Below, one piece after another: positions 49,503 to 60,607 of a stretch of 64,000 nt of DNA. The position numbers and the translations under genes were made by a program. Each line of letters starts with the position of its first letter. Position 1 is the stretch's first letter. Location: contig CBDBGH010000003.1 of assembly GCA_965205265.1 (NCBI GenBank), positions 3,840,001 to 3,904,000 on the forward strand, given 5' to 3'. The notes under the pieces are model-generated. The model had not been told where the DNA came from and did not search any database. It worked only from the letters and a program-made list of their open reading frames with translations. The stretch is from Alphaproteobacteria bacterium (lineage in GTDB: Bacteria; Pseudomonadota; Alphaproteobacteria; Bin95).

Positions 49503-50578
49503 GGGATCACCTTCTCCATCGTGATCCTCATCGACGCCTCGACATGCTCGATGGGAAGGCCGCCGAGCGTGCTCCAGAGCGCGAACTCGGTGATGCCGAG
49601 GCGGTCGCGCAGCTCGCGCAGGCGCGCGATGCACTCCTCCGGGTCGCCGGCGATGCAGGCGCCGAACTCGTGCAGCTTCTCGAAATTGAGATAACCCATC
49701 TCGCGGGTCTTCAGCCCCTCGGTCATGGTGAGCTCATAGCCCTTGACCGGCTGGAACGTCCCCGTCTGCGAAAGCTGGTTGCTCGCCACCTTGTTGTAGA
49801 ACCACTGCACCCGCTCGCCGAAGATCTCGCGCGCCTTGGCCCCGTCCTCGTGACAGAAATAGGGCATCAGCATCATGCGCTCGGCGGCCTTGGGGTCGCG
49901 CCCGTTCGCCTCGCAGGCCGCCTCGTAGCCGGCAAGGTTCTCCGCCAGCTTCTCCACCCAGACCTCCCGGTAGGTGCGGTAGGTGAAGGGCGAGGCGAGC
50001 TGCAGGTGGAAGCCCTTCTCCGCCGCCTGGGTGAAGCTTTCCGGCGAGATCGACGCCTGATAGACCGGCGGATGCGGCTGCTGGACCGGCTTCGGCAGGC
50101 ATTCCACCGGGTCGGGAATGGGCCAGTGGCGGCCGGCGGGCCGGCTGACCGTCTCGTTCGTCCAGGCGTCGAGCACGATATCGACGCCTTCGTTCATCAT
50201 CTCGCGCGCTTCCGCCATCGGCACGCCGAGCCCGACGAATTCGTGCGGCTGGTAGGCCCGCCCGACGCCGAACAGCAACCGCCCGTGGCTCAATATGTCG
50301 ATCAGCGCGAAATCCGAAGCCGTCCGGAGCGGATGGTTAAAGGGAATCGCCACGACGGCCGTGCCGATTTTGATCCGTTTCGTGCGCTGGGCGACGGCGG
50401 CGGCATAGACCTGGGTCGAGGTCACGACGCCATAGGTCGAGAACAGGTGCTCCGCCAGCCAGACCGTGTCGTAGCCGAGTTCCTCCGCCTTCACGAAATA
50501 GTCGAGGTCCTCGTCGAACGCCTCCACCCGGCGAGACTGGTCCGGCATCTGGCTCAGGCTGAAGACGGCCCATTTCAT
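49493..50578 (-). CDS. LLM-class flavin-dependent monooxygenase
   Basis: AEELGYDTVWLAEH, HPLR.A, DILSHGRL..GVGR, PKPVQQPHPP. Confidence 0.9.
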   Translation of the reverse strand: MKWAVFSLSQMPDQSRRVEAFDEDLDYFVKAEELGYDTVWLAEHLFSTYGVVTSTQVYAAAVAQRTKRIKIGTAVVAIPFNHPLRTASDFALIDILSHGRLLFGVGRAYQPHEFVGLGVPMAEAREMMNEGVDIVLDAWTNETVSRPAGRHWPIPDPVECLPKPVQQPHPPVYQASISPESFTQAAEKGFHLQLASPFTYRTYREVWVEKLAENLAGYEAACEANGRDPKAAERMMLMPYFCHEDGAKAREIFGERVQWFYNKVASNQLSQTGTFQPVKGYELTMTEGLKTREMGYLNFEKLHEFGACIAGDPEECIARLRELRDRLGITEFALWSTLGGLPIEHVEASMRITMEKVIPYV

Positions 50579-51936
50579 TGCGCATGGCCTCCGGGCTGCG
50601 TGAGGGCCGCAAGCTGGCTCACATCCGCGACCGACTCAAGCCGGTCCACAAGTTCGATCAGCCGTTCGCCCGCCTGCGGGTCGAGCCCGGCCCAGGCCCA
50701 GTTGCCCCGGAACTTGGCGAGATGCTGGGCGCGGGTGAGCGGCCGGGCGGGGCCGCCGGGCACCTCCTCGACGCGGCACGCGAGACGCCGCCCGTCCCGG
50801 AGCGCGATCTCGACCGCGACCGGGGCAAGCGCATTCGGGTCGGGATTGCCGTCCGTCTCCACCCGCACGCGCCCGGCGAGTTCCTGGCTTTCCCTGTCCG
50901 CGAGCGCGTCCGGCGTGAAGTCCTCATGGTCGAGATCGCTGCCGAGCAGGATGCGCGCCGTCGTCCAGCGGACCGAAAGCCGCGCCTGGTTGACGGCCAG
51001 TTCGCCCTGGACCTCGCGGCCCACAAGCTGCTCCACCAGCGGCGTCACGATCAACCGGACATCGGCCACATCGCTCGCGGCAATGCCGTGCTCCGCCCGG
51101 AGCGCAAGCAGCGCTTCGACGACGCCGTGGGTCGCGCGGCCGCTGGGCCAGGGCTTGTGGGCCGTCTCGGCAATGCGCCAGACCCGGCCCAGCTTCGCCA
51201 GGACCGGCCGGATGTCGTGTTCGCCCTCGATGAGTTCCAGATAGCCGTGCTCGCCCTCGATGCTGCCTTGCGGCCCCGGCAGGCCTGCGCGCGCCATATC
51301 GACCGCCGCGATGGCGTTGCGGGCGCCGAAGCCCACCTGCATGCCGAGCAGGGGCGAGCCCTCGCCATGCGCCTGCATCGTGCCGGAGACCTGCCCGAGC
51401 GCGATGCCGAAGGCATGCGCCGCCGTCTCCTCGTCAAGGCCGGCGAGCTTCGCGCAGGCCGCCGTCCCGCCGAAGGTGCCGGCCGTCGCCGGGCGGAAGA
51501 AGCGCAGCCCGGCTTTCGACGCCAGGCCGAGCCCGGCCGCAATGTCCGCGCCGACAGCCACCGCCTCGACCAGCCGGCGGCCGGAGACGCCGCCCTCGCG
51601 CTCGGCGAACGCCATGGCGGCCGGGAACAGCACCGCCATGGTATGCACCACCGCGCCCTCGTGGACGCAATCGTATTCCGAGTTGTGGAGCTGATAGGCG
51701 TTGAGCGCGGCCGCGGCCGGGGCCGGCAGCATCTCGGTCGTCGCCCAGACCCGCGCCTCGGCCGGCGGGCCGGTCAGCACGCGGCGCCACGCGGCGGTAA
51801 ACGGGCCGCGCGAGCCCGCCGCCGCCACGCCGAAGGAGTCCAGCGCGAAGGTCTTGACGGCCTCGACCGCCGCCGCCGGCAGGTCGTCGAAGCCCGTGCC
51901 CGCGACATGGCGGGCGAAGATGCGCGCTGCGTCCAT
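50575..51936 (-). CDS. MmgE/PrpD-family protein
   Basis: EYDCVH..VH, AFGIA, HKPWPSGRATH, PGGP..PL. Confidence 0.88.
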   Translation of the reverse strand: MDAARIFARHVAGTGFDDLPAAAVEAVKTFALDSFGVAAAGSRGPFTAAWRRVLTGPPAEARVWATTEMLPAPAAAALNAYQLHNSEYDCVHEGAVVHTMAVLFPAAMAFAEREGGVSGRRLVEAVAVGADIAAGLGLASKAGLRFFRPATAGTFGGTAACAKLAGLDEETAAHAFGIALGQVSGTMQAHGEGSPLLGMQVGFGARNAIAAVDMARAGLPGPQGSIEGEHGYLELIEGEHDIRPVLAKLGRVWRIAETAHKPWPSGRATHGVVEALLALRAEHGIAASDVADVRLIVTPLVEQLVGREVQGELAVNQARLSVRWTTARILLGSDLDHEDFTPDALADRESQELAGRVRVETDGNPDPNALAPVAVEIALRDGRRLACRVEEVPGGPARPLTRAQHLAKFRGNWAWAGLDPQAGERLIELVDRLESVADVSQLAALTQPGGHAQ

Positions 51937-51975
51937 GCCCCTGCCGGCGCCTCCCGCGCTTCTACGCCCTGACGG

Positions 51976-53157
<1,182 letters not shown>

Positions 53158-53306
53158 GGCGAGGTTCTCCCTGAACTGCAATTCGGGCCGGAGTATTGCC
53201 CGTCCGCGCCCGCGGTTTCAATGCCCCGCGCCGGGCCGCCGCCTTCCCCCTGCCGGAGAACCGTTCTAAAACACTGCCATCCGCGCCCGCTCGGAGAACT
53301 GACCCG

Positions 53307-54056
53307 ATGGCGTCCGAGACCGGCAAGACGCCCCGGACCGTAGCCCTGTTCGCGACCTGCCTGGCCGATCTCGTGCGGCCCTCGGTCGCGTTCGCTGCCG
53401 CGCGGCTGCTGGAGGCGGCGGGATGCCGGGTGGAGGCGCCGGCGGCGCAGACCTGCTGCGGCCAGCCCGCCTGGAACAGCGGCGACCGCAAGCATGCCGC
53501 CCGCATTGCGCGGAAGACGGTGCGCGCCTTCCGCCGCTATGAGTGGATCGTCGTCCCCTCCGGCTCCTGCGCCGGCATGCTGCGCTGCCACTATGCCGAC
53601 CTGCTGGGGGGAGACGATGAGGGCTTCGGCGCGCGGGTCTGGGAGCTGACCTCCTTCCTCGTCGATGTCTGCGGCTTCGAAGATGTGCAGGCCCGCTGGC
53701 CGATGACGGCCGTCTATCACGACAGCTGTGCGGGGCTGCGCGAGCTCGGCGTGAAGGACCAGCCGCGCGCGCTGCTCGCGAAGGTGGAGGGCCTCGCGCT
53801 CTCCGAACTGCCGGATGCCGAGGTGTGCTGCGGCTTCGGCGGCACCTTCTGCGTCAAGTATCCGGATATCTCGACCGCCATGGTCCGGGACAAGACCGCC
53901 GCGGTGAAGAACAGCGGGGCCGGCGCGCTGCTGGCCGGCGACCTCGGCTGCCTGATGAACATGGCCGGGCGCCTCTCCCGCGAGGGCAGCGAGATCGAGG
54001 TGCGCCATGTCGCGGAGGTTCTGGCCGGCATGACGGACGAGGTCCCGCCGCTGTGA
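53307..54056 (+). CDS. lutA: Lactate utilization protein A (CCG domains)
   Basis: ATCL.D, QTCCGQP, SGSC, YHDSC, CCGFGGTF, GCLMN. Confidence 0.88.
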   Translation: MASETGKTPRTVALFATCLADLVRPSVAFAAARLLEAAGCRVEAPAAQTCCGQPAWNSGDRKHAARIARKTVRAFRRYEWIVVPSGSCAGMLRCHYADLLGGDDEGFGARVWELTSFLVDVCGFEDVQARWPMTAVYHDSCAGLRELGVKDQPRALLAKVEGLALSELPDAEVCCGFGGTFCVKYPDISTAMVRDKTAAVKNSGAGALLAGDLGCLMNMAGRLSREGSEIEVRHVAEVLAGMTDEVPPL

Positions 54057-55462
54057 GCTTCGCCGGGCCCGCCAATTTCCGCGCGAGCGCCGCCCGCGCG
54101 CTCGCCGACGAGCCGCTGCAGCGCGAGCTCGCCAGATTCAGCCGCGGCTTCCAGGTCCGGCGCGTCGAGGCGGCGTCGAGGCTGCCGGAATTCGAGGCGC
54201 TCAGGGACCGGGCGCGCGACATCAAGAACCACTGCCTCGCCCATCTCGACTTCTATCTGGAGCGTTTCGAGGGGAATTGCGTTGCGGCGGGCGGCGAGGT
54301 CCACTGGTGCGCCACCGCCGAGGACGCCCGCCAGGCGATCCTCGCCATCTGCCGCCGCCTCGGCGCGAAGACTATGGCGAAGGGCAAGTCCATGGTCTCG
54401 GAAGAGATCGGCCTGAACGAGTTCCTTGCTGAAAACGGAGTGCGCGCGGTCGAGACGGACCTCGGCGAATACATCCTCCAGCTTCGCGGCGAATCGCCGA
54501 GCCATATCGTGGCGCCGGCAATCCATGTCGCGACCGAGCAGTGGACCGAGGCCTTCCGCAACGCCCACACCGACCGACCGGCGGACCGCCCGCTCTCGGA
54601 CGGCAGCGAGATCATGGCGGAGGCCCGCGCCGTGCTGCGCGAGCAGTTCCTCGGCGCCGATGTCGGCCTGACAGGCGCCAATTTCCTGATCGCCGAGACC
54701 GGCTCTTCGGTGATCTTCACCAATGAGGGCAATGGCGACCTCTCGCAGACCCTGCCCCGCGCCCATATCGTCATCGCCGGCATCGAGAAGGTGATCCCCA
54801 CCCTGGAGGACCTCTCGGTGTTCATGCGCGTGCTGCCGCGCTCGGCCACGGGGCAGGAGCTTACCGTCTATACGACGCTCTCCACCGGCCCCCGCCGGCC
54901 GGGGGACCTGGACGGGCCGGAGGAATACCATGTCGTGCTGCTCGACAACGGCCGCGCGGACATGCTGGGCGGCGCGTTCCAGGACATGCTGCGCTGCATA
55001 CGCTGCGCGGCCTGCATGAACGCCTGCCCGGTCTACAAGCAGATCGGCGGCCATGCCTATGGCTGGGTCTATCCGGGGCCGATGGGGGCCGTGCTGACGC
55101 CCGGCCTGCGCGGCGTCGAGGAGGCCGGGCACCTGCCCAACGCCTCGACCTTCTGCGGCAAGTGCGAGGAGGTGTGTCCGGTCCGCATTCCCCTGCCGCG
55201 CATGATGCGCCACTGGCGCGAACGGGAATTCGCGCGCCGCCTCTCGCCGGCCAAATTCCGCTACGGGCTCGACCTCTGGGCCTTCTTCGCCACCCGCCCG
55301 GCGCTCTACCGCCCCTTTGCGGCCATTGCCGCCCGGGTGCTGGGCAGAGGGCGCCCCTGGAAGCGGCTGCCCTTCGCCGGCGGCTGGACCGGTACGCGGG
55401 ACTTCCCGGCGTCGGAGGGCCGGAGCTTCATGAGCCTCTGGCAGGCGGGGCGGAGGCGCTGA
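54053..55462 (+). CDS. lutB: Lactate utilization protein B (Fe-S)
   Basis: KSMVSEEI, ETDLGEYI, PSHIVAPAIH, NEGN, CIRCAACMNACP, YPGPMG. Confidence 0.92.
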   Translation: MSFAGPANFRASAARALADEPLQRELARFSRGFQVRRVEAASRLPEFEALRDRARDIKNHCLAHLDFYLERFEGNCVAAGGEVHWCATAEDARQAILAICRRLGAKTMAKGKSMVSEEIGLNEFLAENGVRAVETDLGEYILQLRGESPSHIVAPAIHVATEQWTEAFRNAHTDRPADRPLSDGSEIMAEARAVLREQFLGADVGLTGANFLIAETGSSVIFTNEGNGDLSQTLPRAHIVIAGIEKVIPTLEDLSVFMRVLPRSATGQELTVYTTLSTGPRRPGDLDGPEEYHVVLLDNGRADMLGGAFQDMLRCIRCAACMNACPVYKQIGGHAYGWVYPGPMGAVLTPGLRGVEEAGHLPNASTFCGKCEEVCPVRIPLPRMMRHWREREFARRLSPAKFRYGLDLWAFFATRPALYRPFAAIAARVLGRGRPWKRLPFAGGWTGTRDFPASEGRSFMSLWQAGRRR

Positions 55463-55466
55463 GGCC

Positions 55467-55895
55467 ATGGCGTCGCGGGCGGCCCTGCATGAGCGCATCG
55501 TGGCGGCGGAGGGCGCGCGCGCCGTCGAGGTCGGCCTCGACCTGCGCCGGCTGAACGAGCCGGATTCCCCTGTCTTCAACCGGGGCGAGAATGCGGCCCC
55601 GTTCTTCGTGGCAATGGGCGCGGTGTTCGCCGCGCTCTATTTCGGCGGCTGGGTCTGGGCGCTGGCGGTGGCGGGGACCGCGCTCATCCTGATGGCGACC
55701 GGCCTCCAGTATCTGCTCATGCTGAGGCTGCGCCGGCGCGCGCTCGCCTATGCGCTCTCCGATCCCGAGGGCTGGCAACGGCTCTGGGACCTGGGCGGGC
55801 TGACGCTGCGTCTGCCGAGCCGGGACGACACGCTGATCGACTCCCCGGACGGCGACTGGACGGGCTTCGCCGCCCGGCATCTGGGGCGGCCATGA
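55467..55895 (+). CDS. Hypothetical two-TM membrane protein
   Basis: Fills the lutB-lutC gap with coupled ends; two hydrophobic segments. Confidence 0.7.
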   Translation: MASRAALHERIVAAEGARAVEVGLDLRRLNEPDSPVFNRGENAAPFFVAMGAVFAALYFGGWVWALAVAGTALILMATGLQYLLMLRLRRRALAYALSDPEGWQRLWDLGGLTLRLPSRDDTLIDSPDGDWTGFAARHLGRP

Positions 55896-56611
55896 GCGGC
55901 CGCGATGCCATCCTGGCCCGGATCAGGGCCGCCACCGGCGGCGCGAAGGGCGAAGCGGCGGAATGGCTTGCCGCCCGGCCGAGAGGCCCCAGGCCGGCCC
56001 GTGCGGCCGACGACCCGCTCGAACGCTTCGCCGCCGAGGCGCGCGCGGCCGGCAGCACGGTCGCCGGTCCGGTGCCTCCTGAGGACGTGCCGACCGAGAT
56101 CGCCGAGTGGCTTGTCGGCGAGAACCTGCCGGCCCGCCTCGCCGCCTCGCCGGATCCGGCGCTCGACCGCTATCCCTGGAGCAGCCGCCCGCTGCTGACC
56201 CTGGAGCGCCGGCGGGCGGAGCCGGAGGACCGCGCGGCGCTGACGCCCTGTTTCGCGGGCATTGCCGAGACCGGCACGCTCGCCATGCTCTCCGGGCCGG
56301 AACGGCCGGTCACGCTCAACTTCCTGCCGGAGGCGCATATTGCGCTCGTCCGCACGCGCGACCTTGTGGGCGCCTATGAGGACCTCTGGGAACGGGTGCG
56401 CGAGGCGGGCGACGCGCCCCGCACGGTCAACCTGATTACCGGGCCGTCGCGCAGCGCCGATATCGGCCAGGAGCTGCGCATGGGCGCGCACGGGCCGCGC
56501 CGGCTGCATATCGTGCTGGTCGACGACGAGCAGGCGGCAAACATCGTCGATGACGAGCGGGCGGAAAACGTCGATGACGACGAGCAGGCGGCAGGCTCCG
56601 ATGACGGCTAG
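55892..56611 (+). CDS. lutC: Lactate utilization protein C (LUD domain)
   Basis: AETGTL, LPEAHI, ITGPSRSADI..L.MGAHGP. Confidence 0.88.
   Translation: MSGRDAILARIRAATGGAKGEAAEWLAARPRGPRPARAADDPLERFAAEARAAGSTVAGPVPPEDVPTEIAEWLVGENLPARLAASPDPALDRYPWSSRPLLTLERRRAEPEDRAALTPCFAGIAETGTLAMLSGPERPVTLNFLPEAHIALVRTRDLVGAYEDLWERVREAGDAPRTVNLITGPSRSADIGQELRMGAHGPRRLHIVLVDDEQAANIVDDERAENVDDDEQAAGSDDG
56519..56599 (+). repeat. 27-bp tandem repeat x3 in the lutC 3' end
   Basis: Units at 56519, 56546 and 56573 encode VDDEQAANI / VDDERAENV / DDDEQAAGS. Confidence 0.75.
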
Positions 56612-57116
56612 CGCCGAAGATTTCGATGTCTGGCGCCGGATGACGCGAAATGTCCGGCCGCTGCCGGGCCGCCCCGTCCCGCCCGCATCGCGCCGGCCGG
56701 AACCGGCGGCGAAACGGGAGCCGGAGGAGCCGCCGACCCCCGCGCCGGACGAAGCCGCGCCCCGCTCCGCGCCTGCAGGCGGCGGCATCGACAAGCGCAC
56801 CGCAAGACGCATCCGGCGCGGCGCCCTGCCGATCGACGCCCGGATCGACCTGCACGGCATGACGCGCGAGGAAGCCTTTCGACGCCTCACCCGCTTCATC
56901 GCCGAGAGCCAGGCAGCCGGGCGCCGGCTGGTACTGGTCGTCACCGGCAAGGGGCGCGGGGCGGACGGCATCTCCTCGGGCGTCATCCGGCGGGAGACGC
57001 CGCACTGGCTTGCGCGCCCGCCCAACGCCGCGCGCGTGCTCGACACGGCCCCGGCGCAGCCCCGCCACGGCGGCGAGGGCGCGCTCTATGTCTATCTCAG
57101 GAAACGGCGGCCGTGA
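56601..57116 (+). CDS. Smr/MutS2-domain protein
   Basis: IDLHG, VTGKG, HGGEGALYVYL. Confidence 0.9.
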   Translation: MTASAEDFDVWRRMTRNVRPLPGRPVPPASRRPEPAAKREPEEPPTPAPDEAAPRSAPAGGGIDKRTARRIRRGALPIDARIDLHGMTREEAFRRLTRFIAESQAAGRRLVLVVTGKGRGADGISSGVIRRETPHWLARPPNAARVLDTAPAQPRHGGEGALYVYLRKRRP

Positions 57117-58387
57117 CGCCCGCGGCGCGCGTCGGCGCGGCCATCGAGGCGCTGGAGGAGATCGAGGAGACCGGCCGCCCGGCGGACGCGGTGCTGGGCG
57201 GCTTCTTCCGCGCCCGCCGGCATATCGGCGCGAGCGACCGCAAGGCGGTGGCCGAGCGGGTGTTCGGCGTACTGCGCCGGCGCGCGCGGCTCGACTGGCA
57301 TCTGGCCCGCCGGGGCGCGGAGCCGACGGCGCGCGCGCGCATGCTGGCCCGCCTGCTGCTGGTGGACCGCCTGCAGGAGCCGGGCGCCGTGTTCGGACGC
57401 GGCAAATATGCGCCCGCACCGCTCGACAGCGCGGAGCTCGACCTGTTCATGGCGCTGGCCGGCGAGCCGCTGGAGCCGCCGGAAATGCCTGCCTCGGTGC
57501 GCGCCGAATGCCCGGCCTGGGCGGAACGCGGGCTCAGGGAGAGCCTGGGCCGGGCCTTCGCCGAGGAGCTGCGCGCGCTGGCCGAGCCCGCCCCGGTGGA
57601 CCTGCGCGTCAATGCGCTCAAGACGACGCGCCGCGAGGCCCGGCGCACGCTGTTTCGCGAGGGCGTCCGCACCGAGCCGCTGGAGGACGCGCCCTGGGCG
57701 CTGCGCTGCGAGGGCCGCCCGGCGCTCGGGCGCACGCGCGCCTTCCGCGAGGGGCTGGTGGAGGTGCAGGACGCGGGCTCGCAGCGCATCGCGCATGCCG
57801 TCGCGGCCGGGCCGGGCATGCAGGTGGTCGATTTCTGCGCCGGCGCCGGCGGCAAGGCGCTGGCGCTCGCCGCCGACATGGAGGGCAAGGGCCGCGTCGT
57901 CGCCGCCGATGTGCATGACAAGCGCCTGGCGCGTCTCGGCGAGCGCATGCGCCGGGCGGGCGCGCACAATATCGAGCGCCGCCTGCTGGAGAGCGAGCGC
58001 GACCGCTGGGTCCGCCGCCAGCGCGGCAAGTTCGACCGCGTGCTGGTCGATGCGCCCTGCACCGGCACCGGGGCCTGGCGGCGCAACCCGGACGCCCGCT
58101 GGACGCGCGAGGGGCCCCGCCTCGCGGAGCTGACCGGCCTCCAGGGCCGCATCCTCGAAAGCGCCGCGCGGCTGGTGAAGCCCGGCGGCCGGCTGGTCTA
58201 TGCCACCTGCTCGCTGCTCCGCGAGGAGAACGAGGCGCAGGTGGAGCGCTTTCTGGAGGCCGCGCCGGACTTCGCGCGCGCCAGAGACGACCTCCGCATT
58301 TCGCCCGCCCGGGACGGCTCGGACGGGTTCTACGCCGCCATTCTGGAACGGGGGGAGGCCCCATGCGCGAACGACTCCGCACCCTGA
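57113..58387 (+). CDS. RsmB/NOP-family RNA m5C methyltransferase
   Basis: VQDAGSQ, DFCAGAGGK, DAPCTGTG..RRNP, YATCS...ENE. Confidence 0.92.
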   Translation: MTPAARVGAAIEALEEIEETGRPADAVLGGFFRARRHIGASDRKAVAERVFGVLRRRARLDWHLARRGAEPTARARMLARLLLVDRLQEPGAVFGRGKYAPAPLDSAELDLFMALAGEPLEPPEMPASVRAECPAWAERGLRESLGRAFAEELRALAEPAPVDLRVNALKTTRREARRTLFREGVRTEPLEDAPWALRCEGRPALGRTRAFREGLVEVQDAGSQRIAHAVAAGPGMQVVDFCAGAGGKALALAADMEGKGRVVAADVHDKRLARLGERMRRAGAHNIERRLLESERDRWVRRQRGKFDRVLVDAPCTGTGAWRRNPDARWTREGPRLAELTGLQGRILESAARLVKPGGRLVYATCSLLREENEAQVERFLEAAPDFARARDDLRISPARDGSDGFYAAILERGEAPCANDSAP

Positions 58388-58896
58388 TCGCCGAACGGGC
58401 GCTCTCCACCGGAACCTTCACCCTCGCCTCCGGGGCGGGCACCCAATATTTCTTCGACATGAAGCAGGTGATGCTGGACCCGGAGGGGCTGACCCTGATC
58501 GCCGAGGCGTTCCTGGAGCGGATAAGCGGGGAGCCGGTGGACCATATCGGCGGCATCGCCATGGGCGCGGTGCCCATCGTGGCGGCGGTCTGCGCGCTCA
58601 GCCGCGCCACCCCGCGCCCGCGCCGCGCCTTCTTCGTGCGCAAGGAGACCAAGGACCACGGCACCGAGCGGCGCGTCGAGGGCTACCTGCCGGACGGCGG
58701 CGAGGTGCTGCTGTTCGAGGATGTGACCACCACCGGCGGCTCGGCGATGATCGCCGTCGAGGCCGCCCGCGCCGCCGGCTGCCGGGTGGAGACGCTCTAC
58801 ACCGTGGTGGACCGGCTCGAAGGCGCGGAAGCCAATCTGGCCCGCGAAGGCATCCGCCTCGCCCCGCTCTTCACCCGCGACGACTTCACGCTGTAG
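58363..58896 (+). CDS. pyrE: Orotate phosphoribosyltransferase
   Basis: FTLASG, RKETKDHG, EDVTTTGGS, VDR.EG. Confidence 0.92.
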   Translation: MRERLRTLIAERALSTGTFTLASGAGTQYFFDMKQVMLDPEGLTLIAEAFLERISGEPVDHIGGIAMGAVPIVAAVCALSRATPRPRRAFFVRKETKDHGTERRVEGYLPDGGEVLLFEDVTTTGGSAMIAVEAARAAGCRVETLYTVVDRLEGAEANLAREGIRLAPLFTRDDFTL

Positions 58897-58909
58897 CGGC
58901 CCGGCGGCC

Positions 58910-59344
58910 ATGTCCCGAACGGCGAATATCGACACGAGCGGCCTCCGGCGGTGCATCGGCACGCTTGAGGCGGCGTTCGTGCATCTGCGGCAGGAAAGTC
59001 GGGACGGGCCGATGCGCGACATTTTCCGCGCCGCCTGCGTCAAGGAATTCGAACTTGTGCTCGAAGTCGGCGCCGCCCTGTTGCGAAGGCGCTTCAAAGA
59101 CTTCTTTGCGAGCGGCCGCGAGGTCGACCGGCTCATCTTCCGGGATTCCTTCCGCCACGCCGCAAAACATGCGCTCGTAACCGCCGACGCCTGCGAACGG
59201 TGGCTGCAATACCGCGATGTCCGCAATGCCCCCGCGCGAGATTATGGCGAGCGTTTCGCCGAGACGGCGCTGGAGCTCATACCGGCATTCGTGGCTGACG
59301 CGCAGGCGCTGGCCGACGCCATCGAGGGCGAAGACGGAGGTTGA
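58910..59344 (+). CDS. HEPN / nucleotidyltransferase substrate-binding protein (HI0074-like), RX4H motif altered
   Basis: RAACVKEFELVLE...FRHAAKH...W..YRDVRNAPARDYG. Confidence 0.8.
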   Translation: MSRTANIDTSGLRRCIGTLEAAFVHLRQESRDGPMRDIFRAACVKEFELVLEVGAALLRRRFKDFFASGREVDRLIFRDSFRHAAKHALVTADACERWLQYRDVRNAPARDYGERFAETALELIPAFVADAQALADAIEGEDGG

Positions 59345-59402
59345 GGCGAAGACGAATTCCGGGAATCCCCGGCTCCCGTATATGGGTCCTGTCCTTGCCG
59401 GA

Positions 59403-59430
59403 TGATGAGAATGGCCCCAAATTCTCATCA
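59403..59430. promoter_or_regulatory. Inverted repeat, candidate Fic autoregulatory operator
   Basis: tgatgagaat-N8-attctcatca is a perfect 10-bp IR; a related half-site tgcggagaat follows. Confidence 0.45.
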
Positions 59431-59449
59431 AATAGTGCGGAGAATCGAT

Positions 59450-60607
59450 GTGTACATTTGGGAGCAACCGTCTTGGCCGGACCTGACCTGGGACAATGGG
59501 AGGCTCCTTGAGCCGCTTGGGGCCGCGCGCCTCAAACAGGGCCATCTCCTCGGAGGAATGGCCGCCCTTGGATTCGATCTGAAACTCGAGGCGCAGCTCG
59601 AGGCGCTCACGGAAGAGGCTGTCAAGACTTCGGAGATCGAAGGCGAACGTCTCGACCGCGACAGCGTGCGGTCTTCGATCACGCGCCGCCTGGGTTTGAC
59701 GCAAGCCGCCCTGGCGCCGACCGACCGGCGGGCCGAAGGTGTCGTCGAAATGATGCTGGACGCCACGGCGAACCACGAAACCGGCCTGACGGCCGAACGC
59801 CTGTTCGGCTGGCAGGCGGCGCTTTTCCCCACGGGTTACTCGGGCATACGCCGCATCCGCACCGGCGCATGGCGCGACGATGCGATGGGACCGATGCAGG
59901 TCGTTTCGGGTCCGGTCGGTCGCGAGCGGGTTCACTATGAAGCCCCTCCCGCGAAGCGGCTTGAGGCCGAGGTCCAGGCGTTCCTGGACTGGTTCAACGG
60001 CCGGGCCGGGCCGGAAGGGGTGCTGCGCGCCGGCATCGCCCATCTGTGGTTTGTCACCATCCATCCGTTTGAGGACGGCAACGGACGCATCGCGCGGGCG
60101 ATTACGGACCTGGCGCTGGCGCAGTCGGAGAACTCGGGACAGCGCTTCTACAGCATGTCGAGCCAGATCCGGGAGGAGAGGTCCGACTATTACGACATGC
60201 TCGAACGCACCCAGAAAGGCGGTCTCGACATCACCGACTGGCTGGTCTGGTTCGTCGGATGCTTCGCGCGGGCGCTCGACGGCGCCGAGCAAACCTGTGC
60301 GCTCGTCCTGCGCAAGGCCGCGTTCTGGCAGCGCCACGCCCGCGAACCGTTCACCGGGCGTCAGAAAGCGGTGCTGAACAGGTTTCTCGACGGCTTCGAG
60401 GGCAAGCTGACGGCCAGGAAATGGGCCGCCATCGGCAAGTGCTCCGTCGCCACGGCCCAGCGTGACATCAACAAACTGGTCGCTGGCGGCATCCTTCGCC
60501 GCAATCCGGGCGGAAGCAAGAGGACGAGCTACGACCTGGGAGAGAAGTCCGGGACCGCCAGCCCAGGCCCGGCGCCGGGCGAAGCGCCGGCAGTGGACGA
60601 TGCCTGA
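59450..60607 (+). CDS. Fic-family protein (DUF4172 N-terminus, C-terminal HTH)
   Basis: YIWEQPSWP, TSEIEGE, HPFEDGNGRIAR, TAQRDI; start GTG 59450 or ATG 59402. Confidence 0.92.
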   Translation: MYIWEQPSWPDLTWDNGRLLEPLGAARLKQGHLLGGMAALGFDLKLEAQLEALTEEAVKTSEIEGERLDRDSVRSSITRRLGLTQAALAPTDRRAEGVVEMMLDATANHETGLTAERLFGWQAALFPTGYSGIRRIRTGAWRDDAMGPMQVVSGPVGRERVHYEAPPAKRLEAEVQAFLDWFNGRAGPEGVLRAGIAHLWFVTIHPFEDGNGRIARAITDLALAQSENSGQRFYSMSSQIREERSDYYDMLERTQKGGLDITDWLVWFVGCFARALDGAEQTCALVLRKAAFWQRHAREPFTGRQKAVLNRFLDGFEGKLTARKWAAIGKCSVATAQRDINKLVAGGILRRNPGGSKRTSYDLGEKSGTASPGPAPGEAPAVDDA

